Notes under the pieces: generated by a model
The model's input: only the letters and a program-made list of their open reading frames with translations
Databases searched by the model: none
Told to the model about the DNA's origin: nothing
NCBI GenBank assembly: GCA_964016885.1
Contig: OZ024763.1
Span: 3,100,001-3,164,000 of the forward strand
Length of the DNA stretch: 64,000 nucleotides
Reading direction: 5' to 3'
From: Eledone cirrhosa
Lineage: Eukaryota
Shown: in pieces, positions 52,662 through 64,000 of the stretch
Layout of the letters: each line of letters starts with the position of its first letter
Position numbering within the stretch: position 1 is the stretch's first letter
Translations under genes and position numbers: made by a program

Positions 52662-53549
52662 GATCTCTTTCTCGTTCTCTATCGATCTCTTTCTCGTTCT
52701 TTCTCTCTCTCTCTCTCTCTATCTATCTTTTTCCTTCCATGTTCCTTCCTTTTTCTTTCTTTTTCCTTCCTTCCTTCCTTCTTGTTTTTCTTTCTTTCTT
52801 CTTCCTTCCCTTTTCCTTCCTTTTTTCTTCTTTCCTTCTTTCTTCTTTCCTTCTTCTTTCTTTTTCTCCTTCTTTTTCTGCTTTCCATCTTCTTCTTCTC
52901 TCCATCTAGAATATCTTCATTTAACAATTATTTAAGCCCACTCACTTGTTCTAGCAACCTCAACCTACACCACACCACCACCACCATCACTACCCAACCA
53001 CCACACCAAACCACCACCACCACCACCACACACCACCTCCACCACACACATATAGGTCTCTCTCACACTCTCTCTATCTCACACACACTCTCTCTCTCTC
53101 TCTCTCTCCATCTATCTCTCACACACTCCCTCCCTCTCTCTCTCTCTTCCTACTCCCGTCTCCAATCTTCAGTAATTCTATTATTGGTAGTTTAAGAATT
53201 ATTGTAGTCATTGGAAACTTTGAAAATATTAAAAGTTAACCTTGAATTTCTTGGATTGCTTTAGTTGGTGGTGGTGGTGGTGGTGTTATTACTGGTGTGG
53301 TTGTTGTTGTTCTTATTATTCTTTTTCCTCTTTTTCTTCACCTTCTTTTTCTTTTTCTTCTTCACCTTTTCCTTCTTCACCTTCTTCTTCTTCACCTTTT
53401 CCTTCTTCACCTTCTTCTTCAATTAAAAAATGGCAGCAATTCCTCAATAGGGAGAGAAGGCAATAATAACAATAACAATGGTTTCTAAATTAGACACAAG
53501 GCCAACAATGTTGGGAATGGGAATCGATGAATCCAGTACATTACTGGTA

Positions 53550-53798
53550 CTACCAATACTGCGTAAAGAGCTGTAACTCTATTCCACAAAGTAGGGTGTC
53601 TGACGCTCTACCGACACTGCATACAGGGACATAAGTCTATGCTACACAGCATGTTATCCGACGCTCTACCGATACTGCGTAAAGGGACGTAACTCTATGC
53701 TACAAAGCATGTCGTTTGGCGCTCTACCAATACTGCATAAAAGGGTGTAACTCTATGCTACAAAGTATGGTGTCCGACGCTCTACCGATTCTGCCAAA
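53550..53798 (-). repeat. Four tandem copies (~60 bp) of the SINE tRNA-like head
   Basis: GTAACTCTATGCTACAAAG.ATG..GTCCGACGCTCTACC.ATACTGC units match the SINE 5' region at 47630-47690. Confidence 0.8.
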
Positions 53799-54323
53799 TA
53801 ATAAATGGTGAAGCATGTGTCAAGGTGGTTCGATATTGGAATCGTTAAATATTACAACAGCAATTTGGTGCAATGGCATCCCAGGTATTTTAATTAGCAA
53901 GTTCAATAAATGCTGCCCTGTCTCTCTCTCTTTCTCTCCATCCCTCTCTTTCTATCCCTCTCTCTCTTCCCTCTCTATCTCTCTCCATCCCTCCCTCTCT
54001 ACCCCTTTCTCTTCATCCCTCTCTCTCCCTCTCTCTCTTCATCCCTCTCTCTCTCTCATCACCATCCTTTGATATCAAGTGATTTCCAACACCATATTTG
54101 ACACATTCCATCAATCTGAGGAAGGACAGTAATATTGGTTTTAGTGGCACAAATGGAATCTTGCATTCCATCTTGGAGGGGAAATCCAGCATGTGGCTCC
54201 TCAATACCAACTTCTTGGTCACCATTTCTACAAAGGTTATATATACAACTGTCCACCTGGTGGTTAATATATTCTTCAAGTGTGTTAACAGTTTCTTAGT
54301 TTTACGGTTCTATAAACATTTGT

Positions 54324-54592
54324 GGAAGCATGTGACCTAGTGGTAAGGGTGTTGGACTTACGATCATAATCTTGTGGGTTTGATTCCTGAACTGGGTTGT
54401 GTGTTGTCTTCTTGAGCAAAACACTTCATTTTCATGTTGCTCTATTATACTCAACTGAAAATGAGTACCAGCAGTAGCTGGGAGTTTAACCCTGCGATGG
54501 ACTGGTGTCCTGTCTAAGGAGAAGTTTTGTTCTCTCTGTCACTTTATGCCATGGGAACCAGAATAAGCACCGGTCTGATGATCATAGCTCTG
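54324..54592 (+). mobile_element. tRNA-derived SINE of a second family
   Basis: A-box GTGACCTAGTGGT, B-box GGTTTGATTCC, TGTCTTCTTGAGCAAAACACTT core, AAATGAGTACC, AACCCTGCGATGGACTGGTGTCCTGTC. Confidence 0.85.
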
Positions 54593-54835
54593 ATACTATG
54601 GACATGTGGTTAGAATGGCTCAGGGAAGAATCATTGGTCAGATTTTACAGGCAAAAGACCCAGGAGTAGACCCCGAGCAAGATGGTTGAATAGCATCCAT
54701 GAGCTTGGCTAGTCTAACTTGGGAGATCCAGCCTGATCAGTTGGAGACAGTTGTTTCTGACAGGACCCATTGGAGGGAGTGTTTGAGGACTCTGCCCCTA
54801 CGACTCTCTCAGGACAGGAATAAGTGGGAGAAGAA
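54593..54835 (+). pseudogene. RTE-clade (Expander-like) LINE 3' fragment
   Basis: YYGHVVRMAQGR...RSRPRARWLNSI.../IQPDQLETVVSDRTHWRECLRTLPLR. Confidence 0.75.
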
Positions 54836-54870
54836 GATCTCATATGTTATTCAATATACAATACATACAT

Positions 54871-55505
54871 TTAACCCTTTAGCATTAATATTACTCTATA
54901 TATTACTATTATATTTTTATGGTAAACAATTTATCTCGCATAATATTGAATCTATGAGATTTTGATATTGTTTATTTTGAGAACAATACCTTAACATCAG
55001 TATGAGTGGCCGATTATAACAAGTTTGAACAGAAAGAGATGAGATAATTCTGGTCCGATATGGCCAGTTTAAATGTTAAAGGTTTAACCCTTTAACATTT
55101 ACATTACTCTATATTTACTATTATATTTTCATGGTAAAGGCTTTATTTCACACAATATCAAATCTATGAGATTTTGATATTATTCATTTTTAGAACAACA
55201 CGTTAATATTGGTATCAGCTGGTTCTGGCTGGTCTGAACAGAAAGAGGTGAAAGAATTTAAACCAGATATGACCATCCTTTAAAACCTCCATCATTCCTG
55301 AAATTCGCCAACACTACACATAATACCCCCCCCCCCCCCCTTCATACACACGCACACATGTATATCATGACTCATACACTGTACACTTTCCTGACATTTG
55401 TACATTATTCTATGTACTATACATGCACCCTTGATGAGTTGTAGTGCACCTAAGCACTGTAGACAATAATTTCATTATTATTATTATCAAATGCTAAAGG
55501 GTTAA
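54871..55505 (+). mobile_element. Two head-to-tail piggyBac-like MITEs sharing TTAA 55084-87; the second carries a LINE-type 3' tail insert (~55275-55487)
   Basis: TTAACCCTTT...AAAGG(T/G)TTAA termini; the insert ends GTGCACCTAAGCACTGTAGACAATAATTTC(ATT)n. Confidence 0.8.
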
Positions 55506-55808
55506 TAGATAACATACTTAGGATTCTATTTTTGAAAAAAAATACCCCCCAGAACCCCAGCCCACGCGTACCATTGTATCTGTGAGTAGTTAATAGTAAG
55601 TGACTAAAGCCTTGTTACTAATTGGGGGAATTTGAAAGTAATTATGACAGTGTTAGTGATCTGGTTTCATCTACTGCCTGGGATGGAGACAATCAATGTA
55701 TGAAACTAAAACAGACTTGGGGGAGTTGATGTGTGTGTGGATGTGTATATCTATATATACACACCCTGTGTTTCAATATTTCTAAATATATATATATACC
55801 CTCTATTT

Positions 55809-55857
<49 letters not shown>

Positions 55858-56311
55858 CTATATTTCAATATTTTTTAACATATGCACTTTATTTCAATAT
55901 TTCAAAATATATAGACACTTTATTTCAATATTTGTAAATATATACCCTTTATTTCAATATCTATAAATATATACACACTTTATTTCAATATTTATAAATA
56001 TATACCCTTTATTTCAATATCTATAAATCTTTACACCCTGTATTTCATTGAATTATTGAAGAAGTTTAGAGGGTTCTACTGAAATCATTTGATTGAGTTG
56101 GGATCAGAAGATTTAAACTAAGCAGTTTACCACGGTACACTTCCATTATATTAGGTCTTCTGTCTTAAGCTGATGTGTGGAGTGTCTTGTTTAAGGACAC
56201 ACTGTTATGTTTGACTCCTCTATTTGGTGTTAATTCCGAAATGATATCATCTCTAGGTTGATCTGTAAATCGACTTCAGGCTCATTTGTTACCCACCTTC
56301 AATTATTTTAA

Positions 56312-56343
<32 letters not shown>

Positions 56344-56962
56344 GAGGAAAAAAAAATGATGTTCTCTATTTCTGATTAAGTATCCTTTTGAATCTATATT
56401 ACAATTTTTCAATTTTTAATTTAAAATTTTCTCTGCCAAAGTTTTTATATTCTAGGTGTGACCATCAGTCAGGTCTAATCTTTACTCTTTTTAGCTAACT
56501 AAAAGCAAGCGATCTATGTGTATTAGGTGAGATTTTATCATTTCTCAAGTATTGAAATATCAATTTGTTTAGTATATTATATCATATATATATATATTTA
56601 TGTATATGTGTATATATATATAATATTATATTATTATTATTATTATATATATAATATTATTATTATATATATATTTATTTATTCATCAACTCTTAACCTC
56701 CTGTAATGAGTTTAGCAGAAAATATTTCAAAACAGGTTTGTTTATTCAAATGTTTCTAGTATCTTTACTTGTGGACTGACAGGTCGTCGTGAAAAATTTG
56801 CAGTAAACTTTAATGACTTTGATTGTTTTAATGTGATGCAGTCACAATCCTGTTTTGTACTTTTTTTTGTTAAGAATGTCTTGCTAATGCTATTTCGTGT
56901 GTAACAGGACGTTAAGAGTTAACAGTGTCTGGGTTGTCCCAATGTCTATGATTCAAGCTGAT

Positions 56963-57202
56963 TTAACCCTTTAGCATTTACATTACTCTATATTTTCCTA
57001 TTGTATTTTTGTGGTAAAGGCTTTATCTTACATAATTATCTCACATAACATTAAAGCTATGAGATTTTGATGCTATTTATTTTGAGAACAATACCTAAAC
57101 ATCAGTATGAGCGGCTGGTTATGGCCGGTTTGAATAGAAAAAGGTGAGCGAATTCTGGCCAGATACAGCCGGATATGGTCGGTTTAAATGCTAAAAGGTT
57201 AA
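56963..57202 (+). mobile_element. piggyBac-like MITE
   Basis: TTAA-CCCTTTAGCATTTA...TAAATGCTAAAAGG-TTAA. Confidence 0.9.
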
Positions 57203-57979
57203 TAAACAATGATTTTTTTGTTGTTTTTGGTGCCAGTGAAACAACAAGTATATTTTTTCACTCTTATTAAAACATCAAAGTCTGCTATTCTTATCAGTAA
57301 AATTGGATCCTTTGTAAAAATTCTCTTCAGTTTTAAACTTTACTGTTTGTTGTTTTTTTTTCTTCTTTATTTTTATTTTTGAATTGATTTGCATGCCATT
57401 GTTTTTAGATCTTCTTTTCAATGCTGAGCAATCCAAACTCACCAAGTAAACCGGTATTTTTTGAACTTTTCTCATTTATTAATAAATTTGGGAACAAAAA
57501 CAAAAACAAAAAAAAATGAAATTTCCAGGTAAGGTTCATCTACAGAAAGTGGCTGGTTGATTTTGCTAACTTTTATTTTTATTTTATTAAGGCAAGCTTT
57601 CCAAATTGCAACTTTGATTCGTGACTGCTGATAGTATTTCAAAATTTTTAACCTTCTTAGAAAGCACTTTTTTTCTAGCTTTGTAGATCTAGCTTGCCAT
57701 AATATTTTCTTCCTTCGTGTTTCATCTTTCTTGATTTAACTCTTAAAATAAAACCCCTAGAATTGGCTTTAAATTTTTTGCTTTCTAACTCCATTTACAT
57801 AGTGTAGGTTTTTAATACTTACAAATCTCTTTCTTCTATAAAAACTCAGTTTCTGTATCGAGTGAAATTTGGCTTTTTTTTAAATTGTAATCTTTTGGGG
57901 TTTTTTTTCTCATATTTTTTTCCTCTTAATCAAATAAATTGGTGGAATTTTATTTTATTCTTCCTTTAATATTAATTTG

Positions 57980-58302
57980 TATGTACGTATGTCTGGTCCC
58001 GTAGCTCCTGAGAGAGTCATAGGGGCGCTGTATTGACATACAGTGTTTCTTGGGCCCTCTTTTTAAAAACCTGACAAAGCCCATCCCTCTCCAGGTCTGA
58101 ATACAAAAGATTTCTTCCAGAGAAAGATAGAAAGAGATAGAGAGGAAGAATTGACCCCAGTACTAGACTAGTAATTTTTTTTATCAACCTCGAAAGGATG
58201 AAAGGCAAAGTTAACCTTGGTGGGATTTGAACTCAGAGAGCTGGAACAAATACCGCAAAGCATTCTATCTGACATTCTATTGACTTTGCCAATTCCTCAC
58301 CT
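57980..58302 (-). mobile_element. tRNA-derived SINE, same variant subfamily as 23572 but with a different 3' tail
   Basis: Colinear with the 23572 copy up to CTGGAAGAAATCT, unrelated afterwards. Confidence 0.8.
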
Positions 58303-58556
58303 TAATATTAATTTACTTCAAAAATACTAAAATTAAAACGACAGTACAAAATATAAAGTAGATTTTTATTATCCTATTTTAAATTGATAAAGTGTTTTAA
58401 ATTTATTTCCTTTTTTTGAAATAAAATATTATCAGAATGTTATAAATTGTGATGTATAATTACTGAAGATTTCATTGTTAGTGATGTCTCACAAGTTTAT
58501 ATAGATAGTGTCTCACCTGTTAGACAACATACAGTATGAATTAATAAAAATCTTCT

Positions 58557-58980
58557 TTAACCCTTTAACATTTACATAAGTCTATATTTACTATTGTATT
58601 TTCTTGGTAAAGGCTTTACCTCACATAATATTGAATCTATGAGATTTTGATATTATTTATTTTGAGAACAATACCTTAACATAAGTATGAGTGGCCAGTT
58701 ACAGCTGGTTTGAACAGGAAGAAGTGAGAGAATTCTGGTCAGATATGACCGGTTTAAATGCTAAATGGTTAACCCTTTAGCATTTACATTACTCTATATT
58801 TACTATTGTATTTTCATGATAAAAGCTTTATCTCACATAATATTGAATCTATGAGATTTTGTTGTTATTTATTTTGAGAACAATACCTTAACATCAGTAT
58901 GAGTGGCCAGTTACGGCTGGTTTGAACAGAAAGAGGTGAGAGAATTCTGGATACAGCTGGTTTAACTGCTAAAGGGTTAA
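58557..58980 (+). mobile_element. Two complete head-to-tail piggyBac-like MITEs sharing TTAA 58769-72
   Basis: Both ~210 bp, with CCCTTT/AAA(T/G)GG termini. Confidence 0.9.
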
Positions 58981-59281
58981 ACATAACTTGACAAATACCC
59001 ACAAGTGTGGATGTGAAGATAGGAAATTGTATTAGAATTAGTCAAACTTTGTTGACTGTCTACATATTTCTGAGATGAATAGGTTAAACTAAGGTTTGAA
59101 GTTAAAATAGATTTCAGTTTAGTGTATTAACAAGAAAAACATTAACAAACGCTAAAAATATTATATTCTCCAGTTAGTCTGCTCTCTGCAGTGGAACAGT
59201 TTATTCAGCAAATATTTTGAATTTTTTGCTCTAAATCATCATCATCATCATCATTTAATTTTCCCCTACACTGGTATGAGT

Positions 59282-59590
59282 TTAACACTTTACCATTTAC
59301 ATTACTCTATATTTACTATTATATTTTCATGGTAAAGGCTTTACCTCACATAATATCGAATCTGAGATTTTGATATTATTTATTTTGAGAACAATACCTT
59401 AACGTCAGTATGAGCAGCCAGTTACAGCTAGTTTAAACAGAAAGAGGTGAGAGAATTCTGGCCAGATACAGCCGGTTTAACCGTTTAGTATTTACATTAC
59501 TCTATATATACTATTATATTTTCACACATAATATTGAATCTATGAGATTTTGATATTATTTATTTTGGAAACAATACCTTAACATCAGTC
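59282..59590 (+). mobile_element. Two further partial head-to-tail piggyBac-like MITEs
   Basis: Same internal sequence; junction TTAA at 59477. Confidence 0.8.
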
Positions 59591-60281
59591 CCTTATAGAA
59601 AGGTATAATGTAGTTTAACACAAATTTAGTGTGTGTGCGTGTCCCTGGTACACTATTCCTGCGCCATGGTTTATAAAGAGATCAACTATAAATCTGTTTT
59701 TCTTTCTCTGCTGTGTAGTGTATTTTACTGACTGCATGTTTTTCAAATGTTCTCACAAAAAAGAAAAGGTGGAATCAAGTTTTGTCATATTCTCGTCACC
59801 TTCTCATCATTTTTAGTCATAATTTAATATACTAATGCTTTAGTGTTTGTCAATTAAAATGTTTTGTTTGTCAACTGAATTGTTCAGATCTAATAATAAT
59901 TATAATAATATTCAATGTTGTGATATATTCTGTATTCTACGAACTGCAACTTCTTGTCAACAAAACATTGGCTTAACTTCGCTTTATTAATATTTTCTAT
60001 CGTTAGAAAAGGCAGCTATGAGCCAGTTCGTTGCCATTATATATATATGTATGTATGTGTATATATATATACATACATACATATATGTGTGTGTGTGTAT
60101 GTATGTGTGTTTGTGTATATATATATATGTGTGTGTGTGTGTGTATATATATAAATGTGCGTATGTGTCTGTGTGTGTGTGTGTATATATATGTATGTGT
60201 GTGTGTGTATGGTTATATGTATGTATAGGTATAAATGTCTGTGTATATAGATATATACCTATGAGTATATATTTCTGTGTA

Positions 60282-60329
<48 letters not shown>

Positions 60330-61247
60330 GATAAAATGCAGTTGCATACCACAAACAGACAAATGCATCGTTTATGCCTCATCAGCCACCTTGCCAGAAG
60401 TGCAGTTTCATGCATCAAGGCAGTACCTGCACTTATAATGTCGTTTGCACAACAGACGGGTGTCTTTTCTATCAAAGGGGACACAAACATGAAATGTATT
60501 TGTCTGTGTTATGGAAATGTGTACCATTTCTGTTGATATATGTGTATATGAATGTATGTATATATGTATATATAAACATATCCATATGTATATGTATGTA
60601 TATATGTATTTGTATGTATATATATATATATATACACATATGTATATGTATGCATATATATATATATGTATGTATGTATATATATATGCGCATTTATATA
60701 TATATATGTGTGTGTCTGCCTGTGTGCCATGGTATGTACTCACAAAAAAGAATGATTGCACAATCTTAGTTTTTCTGGTCTAACAAGATGGCATGGTCAC
60801 TCTCCTCTTTAATCAGGTTCCTATTTACAAATGTCTGCATGAGGTTTGGTGAAAAATCCCACAGAAAAACTGTGAGCTGAGGAGAAAATTTCTTTTTGTT
60901 TTTTTTCACCTGTCTTCTTCATTGATGCAAGGGAGATAACTCTCGGATTAATAATCCCATTTCAATTTACTCTAAAATTAAAATTGTATTTATAATTTAA
61001 AAATACGTTGTACTTGGCTGTAGATGAAGGACAAGGTACTCTTGGCTCTCGAATAATCTTCCCCCATCCTCCACCTCACTTATTAAATTTTGCTAAACTA
61101 TCTCCGATGAGATTTTATTTAAAGTGGTAATTCCTGCGATAATTAATTTTCTTTAGACATTAGAAAAAAAACATTATACATGACAAAAAAAAAAAGTACA
61201 TTACTAGAAATTCTATAAAATAAATAGAATGGGTTGGGACGGAATAT

Positions 61248-61279
<32 letters not shown>

Positions 61280-62359
61280 TTTATGTCCACTTTTCCCTGC
61301 TTGCAAGGGTGGGACGGGAACTGATTCTGGCTTGATTTTTACAGCTGGATGCCCTTCCTAACACCAACCTCATTTACAGTGAGTGCTGGGTGCTTTTTTG
61401 CCGTGGCACCTCCACGACCACTTTGCAGTGGTCGTGGTACTTTTACCTGACACAAACCCAAACTGCATTTCATCTAGATCAATGCGCTCTCTGATTAGTT
61501 GCGCTATAACTCTTTCTGTGACCTTATGTATATATATATATATCGAATAGGGCTCGATAAGGATTATATATATATTTAAATATATATAAAAAAGTTTCAG
61601 AAGATCCCATTAAAGGTGAAAGCAGCAATTCTTTGCTTAAACCTTAATTTTCTCTTATAATATATATATATATATATAATTATATATATATCAAATGCTG
61701 GTAGTTAAGACAGGATTAAATCACCATAATTGTTTATTGCATTAAATATATTTCTCTTACATGGTTATTATATCTGATGTGTGTGTATGTACACACCACT
61801 CTACTCTGAAGTAAGAAAACATGACCTCCTATTCCTTTACTCCTGTTTAGCTCAATAATCTCTGACCCATGCTAAGACCATTACTGGCTTCACACTGCCT
61901 TAATCTTCTGCAATTCTACAAAATCTTTCTTCCATAACATCATCTTCATTTACTCACCTTTCATTTCATGAATTTACCTGTGTTCACTAATTTGTTTGTG
62001 TAATGAGTGTGAGGAGGCTTTTTATCTTCTTATTTATCTTCTTCTTCTTCTTCTTCTTCTCCTCTAACCTGTCATTTTCTTCCAAACTTTTGTCTCGACT
62101 TTTACCTTCGTTAGAGAAATTAAATTACTATTTTGTTTGATGAGTAAATAATTTATGGTAAGTAGAGTATAACAATGTCTATATCGAATAAGTACAAGTT
62201 GTTAGCCTAGCCTGATGTTTTTAATTCTACTCTCGTTAAACACTTTATCCCTATATATATATATATATATAGTAATAATAATAAATTTGAAGACTAAAAT
62301 CCAAAGCAGCGATTCTTTGCTTAAACTTTAATCTGTTATTTTAATAAATATATATATAT

Positions 62360-62394
<35 letters not shown>

Positions 62395-62494
62395 AAGAGA
62401 CCCTGTTCCTATATATATCTATATAAAGACACTGTCCATATATATATATATATACATATATAAAGGAGAGTCTGTTCCTAAATAAAGAGTCTAT

Positions 62495-62543
<49 letters not shown>

Positions 62544-62852
62544 CATATATAAAGGAGAGTCTGTTCCTAAATAAAGAGTCTATCCCTATTTACATCTATA
62601 TAGAGACCCTGTCCTTTTTTATATCTCTATAAAGAGAGGCCCTTTAGTAATATATTTATGATAAACCTTCAGTGATGTATCTATGATATACCTTAAGAAC
62701 AAAACTTGAATGATATATTTATGATGAAAACTTTAGTAATATATTTATGATATATCTTTAATCAGAAAACCTTGCTTTGGTTGCAAAACTTAGCATAGAG
62801 CTTTAGATAGTTTCATACAGTGTTTATATATAATAAATACACACACACACGC

Positions 62853-62883
<31 letters not shown>

Positions 62884-62994
62884 ATTAATGAGAGTAAGTA
62901 TATTCATTTATCAATGCAACGAGAGTCATGCAGAGCAGTTATAGATTAATATTTTGTAAATAAACCAAAGAATTATGGCATTTATAAACTGACA

Positions 62995-63050
<56 letters not shown>

Positions 63051-63597
63051 CATAAAATAGGAATTATTTTTAAGACTTGTTATTTTGTAAAACAGAATAA
63101 TTTAATCCCTTTGTGACTTCATCGTCAAGTATTATATACTGTTCCTAATTAACGTTTTAAGTTGAAGAATCTGTAATTTACTTCCGTCCATTGAAAAATA
63201 TATGTTTTCTTTCTCTATCATAAGTTCTTTCACTTTACCTTCATCATTATCAGCACAATCATGATCATCTTCGTCATCTTCAGAAAATATTTAGAAAATT
63301 GAAATTTCAAAATATTTTTACGTACTTTAAATGTTGCATGCAAGCTTTAGTTAACTAATAGCATGACTTGCTTTGAATTTTTAGAAAATCACTTATACAA
63401 GCCGTCTCTCCGTTAGTTCCCGTAGGTACCGTCACAACCAACAGCACCGCATTTTGGAAACTCGCTGCTGCAACATTTGAGGAAACATTACAGTCCTCTC
63501 CATCCAACTCTCCTCTCTACTTGGGCAGGCTTAATTCATCTTAAACAGTTGGGTGTTTATATGGCTTAGATTAATTCTAAACTCGCCCCTAATCATA

Positions 63598-63910
63598 ATG
63601 ATAGCTGAAAAGGTGCCCTGTGTTGGTCTACGCACATTCCTCTACGGCTTGCCTGACTTCCGACGAGAAAATATGCTCCGCAAAGGCAGAGAAGTACATA
63701 GAATCTATGTAGAAGTCCATAAAGGAACAACATTCCTTGAGGATCAGTTCACTCTGACAGAATTTGGAAGGACAGTGTTAGAAAGCGGAGGTATAAAAGC
63801 TGGCCGTGCAAAGAATGTGGAGCAGATAGTCGTCGCCCGAGAAACTCTGTATTGCAGTGGATCTGCAACTTGTCGTAGAGTCTGTGGAGGATATTCTGAA
63901 TGTACTCCAG
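63598..63910 (+). CDS. Coding exon of an unidentified gene; 104 aa ending in a Cys cluster (YCSGSATCRRVCGGYSECTP)
   Basis: Non-repetitive, higher GC than the flanks, protein-like composition, ATG at 63598 (ATAATGA), strong CAG/GTAAGA donor at 63911 (phase 1), possible acceptors at 63384 and 63548. Confidence 0.75.
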
Positions 63911-64000
63911 GTAAGAATTATTTCTATTTCTATTGATTACGTCAAGTCTGGAATTGAAACTAACATCAATATGTGTTGATTGTTATCATGTGAATTTCTG

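Noticed and set aside
54059-54310. Unique sequence with short ORFs on both strands
   Set aside because: No recognisable motif or consistent splice pair.
60330-60535. Cys-containing unique stretch between microsatellites
   Set aside because: No recognisable domain spacing or splice signals; its open frames run into microsatellite.

Overview
Eukaryotic, AT-rich, extremely repeat-dense DNA. The (TA)n/(CA)n/(CT)n/(TAG)n microsatellites, tRNA-derived SINEs and RTE tails ending in (GAT)n look like a coleoid cephalopod (octopus) genome; this taxon call is from recall, not a search. Almost all ORFs in the supplied track are microsatellite artefacts. Real coding signal is limited to retrotransposon remnants (RTE 3' ends, a possible CR1-like end, and two CRE-clade pieces, one with a frameshifted PHD finger) and a few candidate host exons. 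The best exon is 63385-63910, a Cys-rich ORF with a GTAAGA donor; 13773-13871 is a weaker second. Non-autonomous DNA elements include about 9 TTAA/CCCTTT piggyBac-like MITEs and 6 tiny Tc1/mariner-like MITEs. There are several large minisatellites, many built from TE fragments. The most interesting signal is a set of at least four unrelated short elements sitting in (TA)n tracts. They carry minimal type-I hammerhead ribozyme folds (intact, core-variant, or with the 5' half overwritten), fold back into inverted repeats, and mostly share a TTGAGTRC motif downstream. This fits a Penelope-like, TA-targeted ribozyme/fold-back retro-system. A 102-bp inverted-repeat element with a GC-rich, highly structured core (24161-24754) is unexplained. 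All calls were made by eye; no searches or folding were run.
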